A DNA stretch of 64,000 nucleotides. It comes from Botryllus schlosseri. Taxonomy: Eukaryota. How positions within the stretch are numbered: the stretch's first letter is position 1; each line of letters begins with the position of its first letter. The position numbers and the translations under genes were made by a program. The stretch lies in the NCBI GenBank assembly GCA_051294905.1, contig CM119381.1, positions 19,282,001 through 19,346,000 of the forward strand, in the 5' to 3' direction. Shown one piece after another: positions 57,801 through 64,000 of this stretch. A model generated the notes under the pieces. The model made no database searches. It saw only the letters and a program-made list of their open reading frames with translations, and was not told the origin of the DNA.

Positions 57801-60800
57801 CCGAAACCCGATTCATACAGTATCACTCAAAAGTTGTTGTCTTTGTAATATTCCACGTAAATGCATGCGGAGAGCTTCTTGGAAGTACAGAACTTCAATA
57901 TACAATTGAGTAGTATATTCATATTGACATGAACCCGAATATTTTCTACTGACACTCGTCAGGGGAAATCGTCAGCAACTAGTAGAGAATTGGAGAGAAC
58001 ATTGTATATCAACAATCATATCACATTGTAAATGCAATGATGACCGATTTGATGTACGGAACTCGAATACTGCCTTCTTATTTGGGAACATCTTGATGGC
58101 TTCATTATAAACCAAATCTTGCTGCAGTTGTTGAATTTGCAAATAAAAATGTGACGTGGGAAACGAATCCAAAGCCGATAATACGCGACGCACTGATACA
58201 GACAACTTGGGTTTGATGTATGTGAGATTTCAGATAACACGCAGTAGTGTGCAGTGTAAAATAGGACAAATTCTTAAGGGAGGAACGTCTTTGCCAACTT
58301 ACCAATGTGAAATACAAAAGCTACTTTGAAGCATGTATACTGGTAGTAGGTGGCGAAGTTCTACTTTTTTGACTCGAGTAGATTTTGCCTACTATTTGCA
58401 CTACTTACTCAAGTGGTTATGATTTTAGACTACTACTTGAACAGTTTTTAGGCAAAAGTAGTTACTTTTAACAATTCGGATTTTGAAAAGTAGAAATCAG
58501 TTTTAGGATAAGTTTGCATCACTTAAATGAGAGACATTGTGAGAAGAACCTCGTAGAATAGCTCCTGTATCACAGTAACAATCTCAGGAAATATTTGTTG
58601 TCAATATTCTTTTTCCATCATCGCTGTGATACATCTTGCAATTTCTATAGTATCCACCAGACATGGGGTAATCGCGATTAGTAATCGTAATCGATTACGA
58701 CGATTACAGCATTTTCGAGTAATCGTAATCGCAATCGATTACATTCGAAAAAATCCCGAAGTAATCGTAATCGTAATCGACTACTTCCCATATTTAATCG
58801 ATTTCTTTGTGAAAGAACGATTACTTTTTATTTGTACAAGGACTGTGACATAAACTGAACACTCGTGAACAAGGAAGAGATATTATACCAGTTATTGAGA
58901 GAACAAACGTCTGATTTTCAAATGCCACTGCTCATTATTACGTCAGAGGTAGCCTATTAGCTTTGCTCGTCTTTGCGTAGGAATTGTCCACATATAGTAA
59001 ATAGATATTCGATGTACATTAGTGTGATTGTAAGAAACCCACCGTGCTGTATATCGGGTTGTCAATACATTTCAGACGCCACTACCTCGCATCAGGATAA
59101 TTAATCATAATCACCTCTCTGCCTAAGGTAAAATAGCAACTTTTATATTGATGTTTGGTTATGCTTAGTTAAACTATAGAATGTAATAGTTCTAATTCTA
59201 GAGTTAAATGCAGTTTCACCGTTGCTGCTTGGCGAGCAGTAGACCTATATGGTACGAACGTACAGCAGACAAAGGTTTAAAATTTTGTACTCGTCAAATA
59301 AAACATTACGGTTTCCACAACGAAGCATTATAATCAACAGCTGCTGATATATATCATAACTGGGCCGTTGTTTTGCCGTTTCTCGTAATGGCAGCTTGCA
59401 TTACATTATCTGCATTAAGTTGAAGGCAGAATTTTATGTTCACTTATGTTCTCATATTATTCTATACTCAAAACGGGCGCCAATCGCTATTTCACAATTC
59501 TTTACCGAACATTTGGACTTGCCGCCATAGCCATCGGCTTTTATACCATGTTAGCGTGGGTTGTAGCTAGAATCAGGATCAAAACAGCAAAAGCGTCCCC
59601 CAACCAAACTTTGGTCTTGGGCCCCCATAGGGTAGTCAATTTTGAAGTTGAAGATTTAATTTCATCAATAATATTGGTAATTGCATTATCTTGCATTATT
59701 AATCCTTTCTCAGCGCCCGAAGGTCAGCTTTACCTGAAGAGCGTGGGGCGTAATTCATAATTATAACATCTGGTATCTTGCAATAATTACTTTATTGTAT
59801 GTTGTTAATTCGTGACCTCCGGTCTGTTATATAGCCAAAAGATATTGATTGTAGTGGCCCAAACAGCAGACTAAAAGAAAAATTTGCGTGAGACGCACAC
59901 ACAAATTGTCATGTCTAATGCTCTGTGGGTGCCCGGGTGGCATTTGCATCGTGGGCTCAGATTGGAAGGAATGGACTGTTAGTCACGCCCACCCAGCGCG
60001 GCTATTAACAATGGACACATACCCTACGTTTTGGCCAATGTCTTTCTTTAATAACACACTTCGTGAAGTCTCATGTTGGCCGAAACTGCATATGACTTTT
60101 GATGTGTCGAGAAGCGGTATTGACTGGCACCTAAATGCCTATATTACTATGAATTATACATGCTTTATTTCTTGGGGGGGGGGAGACGTATATGCATTTC
60201 GAAATCAATCAATCTAGAGACATTTAAATCGCAAAGCTCAAATAGAAATTCCAAGTTATGAAATCACTCGAAAATACTCTATAATTAATGTTGGTTTACA
60301 AAATACTTTTGAGTCCCCTCCAACCACGCTCCCCACCCTATTGGGGAATTGGGGGTGCGGCAGTTATGGACATGGCAAGAATGCAATTCATTGGGTGCGA
60401 TAAACCGTCCTCTATAAAATGGGCAATGGGTTCATTATGACGTAACAAGGAAATGGCCCATCTTTTTTAAAGACAGTTGTTATATCATTGGGCCTTTCCA
60501 GCGCAATTCATGTATTGTCTTCTATAATATAACTACTACGATGCAAAATAAATGTAATCGTGAGTAATCGTGATTACTTTTCCAATGTAATCGTAATCGT
60601 AATCGACTACTTCCCGATTTTGCTGTAATCGTAATCGTAATCGTAATCGCGTGATTCAGAAGTAATCGTAATCGCAATCGATTACATTCATGAAGTAATC
60701 ACCCCATGTCTGGTATCCACCTTCAATTAATTTCTAAAAATATGCTCTCCCAGGCCAAATCTACTCTTTGTAACTGCTAGTGCTTACCCGAGTACTTCGC

Positions 60801-61322
60801 GTATCTTTGATTGTCTGCTTCAACTTGAACTAGTTTTGACATGCCTTGGTAGCTTCCACACCCTATTTAACTACCATTTGTAGATGAATATAAATTTATT
60901 TGTCGCCCAAGCTTTCAGAGCGCCGCTCCTTCATCAGGTGTTCAAGCGAAAGTAATGCAAAAAGAGCAATGCAAAGAGATTTTGAATTTAAACAGATGCA
61001 TATTATGTAGAGATTTATGCTGTTACTCCTACTTTAGTAACAGCACCGACTACTTTGACAACTTCTGCATTTAAAATTTCTTTTGGCGAGAGACGTGACG
61101 TTGATTTCTTTCTATTTCAATGAAAAGGTTCTTTTTCATTTCAGGGCGTTTTCAACTCTGACCGTCGGAATCCTACTCGGCATGGAAGGGCTGTCGGCGT
61201 TTCTACACGCGTTGCGTCTACACTGGGTCGAGTTCCAAGACAAGTTTTACAGCGGCGAGGGATACCCGTTTACGCCGTTCTCTTTTTCCGCGATTGTCGA
61301 AGGAAGAACGGAAGAAAACTGA
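39821..61322 (+). CDS. ATP6V0A1: V-type H+-ATPase V0 subunit a (a1-like), complete, 21 coding exons, ~854 aa
   Basis: Exons 39821-39937, 41554-41632, 44231-44328, 44435-44563, 45495-45601, 46896-47022, 47085-47167, 47230-47323, 47377-47454, 47582-47716, 47780-47930, 48001-48137, 48200-48348, 48410-48539, 53460-53578, 53646-53775, 54007-54192, 56606-56734, 56795-56912, 57624-57714, 61145-61322 sum to 2565 nt in frame. Motifs [26 protein letters not shown] (essential Arg) and [18 protein letters not shown] are intact. Confidence 0.97.
40148..41481. mobile_element. Foldback/MULE-like element with telomere-like (TTAGGG/CCCTAA) arrays, in ATP6V0A1 intron 1
   Basis: ~110-bp TIRs (GCGCTTCTTCGTTTTACGATCAT...); 9-bp flanking repeat AAACATTTG; G-rich array ~40290-40530 and C-rich array ~40905-41365 in inverted orientation. 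Confidence 0.85.
42008..43997. mobile_element. Buster-type hAT non-autonomous element (1990 bp) carrying nested repeats, in intron 2
   Basis: TIRs CAGTGGTTCCCAACC / GGTTGGGAATCACTG; exact TSD ATCTAAAG; GCGGGCCGCATGCGGCCC subterminal motif. Confidence 0.92.
46731..46807 (+). CDS. ATP6V0A1: Candidate mutually exclusive alternative exon 5 of ATP6V0A1 ([26 protein letters not shown])
   Basis: Polypyrimidine tract then CAG; 77 nt, phase 0 to 2; ends AAACTGGG|GTAAGA, like exon 45495-45601 which ends AAACTGGG|GTGAGT. Confidence 0.8.
48836..53114. mobile_element. hAT MITE family A, copy 3 (reverse orientation, ~1 kb), interrupted by a foldback, in intron 14
   Basis: TIR TAGGGATGGTGTGAAC at both ends; exact TSD GTATATTG (48828-48835, 53115-53122). 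Confidence 0.95.
49758..53036. mobile_element. Foldback-type DNA element, 3279 bp, ~1-kb TIRs, 4-bp TSD
   Basis: GGGCAATTCCCTGCACAGAC... / ...GTCTGTGCAGGGAATTGCCC; TSD TTTG; arms contain 24/40-nt subrepeats; no transposase ORF. Confidence 0.92.
54984..55043 (+). CDS. ATP6V0A1: Candidate 60-nt in-frame cassette exon of ATP6V0A1 ([20 protein letters not shown])
   Basis: TTTTGTCCTTTCCAACTCTAG acceptor and GTATGT donor; phase 0-0 matches the flanking exons; no stop codon. Confidence 0.5.
58658..60712. mobile_element. hAT non-autonomous element (2055 bp) with (GTAATC)n subterminal arrays, in intron 20
   Basis: TIRs CAGACATGGGGT / ACCCCATGTCTG; exact TSD GTATCCAC; arrays at ~58670-58800 and ~60550-60700. 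Confidence 0.92.
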
Positions 61323-61851
61323 TAATAAAGGCTGCGTAGATTTCCGATAGATTGCTCGCTGGTGTTTGCAGTTATTTATTTGCTGCTTGTATTCTGCCAT
61401 GGTCGTTTACGTGTAGTACATACGTTATACATACATATATATAAACTGTAACGCTATAGCTGTGATATTGGGCGCAGTCTTATTGCCAGTTGTGTCTGGC
61501 CACCTGTTTTGAATGTTGCTGTTACGTTATGCGAAATTCATATTGTGATGAAGATGGCGTCTGTTGATGGTAATGACGCAGTGATCAATCGAATTGCGAC
61601 CAATGTTATATGAATCTTGTAAATCATGATATTTTCTACTGCTAGTAGATAGTTTACGAGACATTTTTCGACACTGGCAATTGCACAGTAGTTTAATTTG
61701 ACCGTTGTCAAATTGGATTATAAATGAATCTGGTTCAAAATCGATTTATTGTGTGAGAATGCGTGATGGTGAATTGATATTTTGCGATAAATTAGTCAGT
61801 TGGGAATCGGGATAGACTCGTGTTCGCTTTTTCTGTCGATATTCAACGTTG

Positions 61852-61857
61852 AATAAA
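61852..61857 (+). terminator. Candidate polyadenylation signal (AATAAA) of ATP6V0A1
   Basis: First AATAAA noticed after the stop at 61322, followed by a T/GT-rich stretch. Confidence 0.5.
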
Positions 61858-62127
61858 TACTTCACATTCCTTGTCGTTGTTTCGCTGGTTGAGGTAAGTG
61901 TTGCAGTTGCAGGGCAGGATTTCAGGCGACAGGCTACTTAACTGATTTGTCGAAACTATATATGAATGGCAACAATTCCGTGCCCGCGATTCTTGTTGAT
62001 ATTCGGAGCGATAGATTATTATTCATGTGTTTTATTACGGTAGAACCGTGTGTGCAGTTTCATGTCCCACTGTTTTTCCGTTTTAGATCCTTATTCATTT
62101 TGTTAGTCTTTATCAGTTGATGATACA

Positions 62128-63456
62128 ATGAACTGCCGTCTTCAATCGAAACTGTTACGCCAAGTATGTTCGTCTGGTTTGTTGCATGTGACAAGAAACG
62201 CCTCATCGTCACAGAGAAAAAACCTTATCATACTCGGAACCGGATGGGGCAGCTACAGCGTGCTGCGTAATACTGACAGAAACCTGTATAACGTCATCGT
62301 CGTAAGCCCTAGAAACCATTTTCTCTTCACGCCCCTGCTCTGCTCCACCACGGTTGGCACTTTGGAATTCCGCAGCATAATCGAGCCGGTCAGAAACCGG
62401 CATTTTCGACGAAGCAAAGACTACCATTTCGCGAGCGCCGTGAACGTAGACCCGCAAAGGAAGACCCTACTTTGCAAGAGTGAAGTGGATGAATCTATAC
62501 AATATGAATTGGAATACGATAAACTGGTGATAGGGGTGGGGGCTGTGAGCAACACGTTTGGCGTGCCTGGAGTTATGGAAAACGCCTACTTCCTCAAAGA
62601 AATAAGCGATGCCAGAAAGATACGTACACGTATGATCAATAACTTTGAATTGGCTGTACAGCCAAAGTCTTCGGAGGAAGACAAAGAGAGACTGTTACAC
62701 ATTGTGATTGTGGGAGGTGGACCGACTGGTGTGGAATTTGGCGCGGAAGTGTACGACTTCTTGAAAGAAGATTTCTCAAGACTATACGGCAGTCTGAAAA
62801 ATGTGGTTCGGGTGACTTTGATCGAAGCAAATCATATTTTAGGATCGTTTGACCAGCGTTTGCGGGATTATGCAGAGAGAAAGATTTCAAGAAGAAAACA
62901 ATTTGAACTTCTGCAATCATCAGTACGCGAAGTAACGCCGAATTCTGTAATTTTGTCAGATGGCAAAGAGATACGCTGCGGGATGGTAGTCTGGTCTACA
63001 GGGCTGGCTCCAAGAAACTTCACAAGAAGGCTGACATTCCCCAAAAACAAGCAACATCAATTGATCACGGACGATTACCTTCGTGTACACGAAACTCCGC
63101 AAGATACAGTATACGCTTTGGGAGACTGTGCTCAGATAGAAAATTGGCATCTACCCAGCACTGCGCAAGTCGCCGAGAGGCAGGGGAGGTGGCTTTCAAA
63201 ATATCTCAACAGGAAGGAAACGGAAGCTTTCCAATTTAAAAGTTCCGGTATGCTGGCGTACGTTGGAGGGTACTCTGCGCTAACAGATATGAAGCTGCCA
63301 CACAGCGAAAGTGATTTGAAGCTCAAAGGATTTCATTCGTGGGTGCTGTGGAGGTCTGCGTATCTGACGCAGCTTGGCAGCTGGAGATTGAGAATGCAAG
63401 TGCCTTTCGATTGGATGAAAACATTTTTCTTTGGCAGAGATTCGTCACAATTTTGA
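62128..63456 (+). CDS. NDX: Type II (alternative, rotenone-insensitive) NADH:ubiquinone oxidoreductase NDH-2/NDX, intronless, 442 aa
   Basis: Arg/Ser/Leu-rich mitochondrial presequence; FAD fold IILGTGWGS; SPRNHFLFTPLL; NADH fold VVGGGPTGVEFGAE with acidic LIEA; YALGDC; AQVAERQG; C-terminal LWRSAYL..DWMKTFFFGRD, as in Ndi1/Nde/NDA. Confidence 0.95.
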   Translation: MNCRLQSKLLRQVCSSGLLHVTRNASSSQRKNLIILGTGWGSYSVLRNTDRNLYNVIVVSPRNHFLFTPLLCSTTVGTLEFRSIIEPVRNRHFRRSKDYHFASAVNVDPQRKTLLCKSEVDESIQYELEYDKLVIGVGAVSNTFGVPGVMENAYFLKEISDARKIRTRMINNFELAVQPKSSEEDKERLLHIVIVGGGPTGVEFGAEVYDFLKEDFSRLYGSLKNVVRVTLIEANHILGSFDQRLRDYAERKISRRKQFELLQSSVREVTPNSVILSDGKEIRCGMVVWSTGLAPRNFTRRLTFPKNKQHQLITDDYLRVHETPQDTVYALGDCAQIENWHLPSTAQVAERQGRWLSKYLNRKETEAFQFKSSGMLAYVGGYSALTDMKLPHSESDLKLKGFHSWVLWRSAYLTQLGSWRLRMQVPFDWMKTFFFGRDSSQF

Positions 63457-63495
63457 AAAAAAGTGTTGCAAAAGTCTCTCACCACCCAAACGGAG

Positions 63496-63941
63496 GTGAT
63501 AACGAAATTTCTTCATCCGCAGTACATCGCAATATTTGGATTGAAGATTGCTTGTTTATTCTTCATTGTGTTTATAAATGGAGGTTGATATTGAGATATG
63601 GCCTGTATGATTCTTATACCTAATATTGATTGAATCAGCACTTACTAACTGGCCTAATTTAACTTGCACTTTTCTATAGCCACACAAGCCTTGATATAAC
63701 CTAAATTTACAAATTGTAGTGATAACGAAATTTCTTCATCCGCAGTACATCGCAATATTTGGATTGAAGATTGCTTGTTTATTCTTCATTGTGTTTATAA
63801 ATGGAGGTTGATATTGAGATATGGTCTGTATGATTCTTATACCTAATATTGATTGAATGAGCACTTACTAACTGGCCTAATTTAACTTGCACTTTTCTAT
63901 AGCCACACAAGCCTTGATATAACCTAAATTTACAAATTGTA
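63496..63941. repeat. 223-bp direct tandem duplication downstream of NDX
   Basis: 63496-63718 and 63719-63941 differ at two positions by eye. Confidence 0.92.
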
Positions 63942-64000
63942 GTCTTTTAATCATTAGCCGGGACGCCCTTATAAGTTCTGTTATTTTTGTAGAAAGTGTG

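Overview
Eukaryotic (animal) genomic DNA, AT-rich, with many 50-100 bp introns. The host is most likely an invertebrate chordate such as an ascidian; this is an inference from the vertebrate-like ATP6V0A exon sizes plus a type II NADH dehydrogenase. Five host genes are supported: (1) the 5' part of a divergent V-ATPase V0 subunit a paralog (minus, 1-3268, runs off the window); (2) FBXO41 (plus, ~25.9-35.0 kb); (3) an intronless WDR49/CFAP337-like EF-hand+WD40 gene (minus, 35290-38637); (4) a complete 21-exon, ~854-aa V-ATPase subunit a (plus, 39821-61322); (5) an intronless NDX/NDH-2 (plus, 62128-63456). The rest is dense with transposons. These include about 12 hAT non-autonomous elements (mostly with clear 8-bp TSDs), a very young gag-protease-only BEL/Pao LTR element in a three-level nest, a 3.3-kb foldback made of palindromes within a palindrome, a telomere-repeat foldback, a tRNA-SINE and Penelope remnants. 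The best new candidates are a frame-enforced mutually exclusive exon pair in the V-ATPase gene with clustered RBFOX/QKI motifs (the neighbouring paralog appears to have hard-wired one form), the BEL/Pao element with a possible env-like tail, and the nested-palindrome foldback. All coordinates and translations were read by eye; no searches were run.
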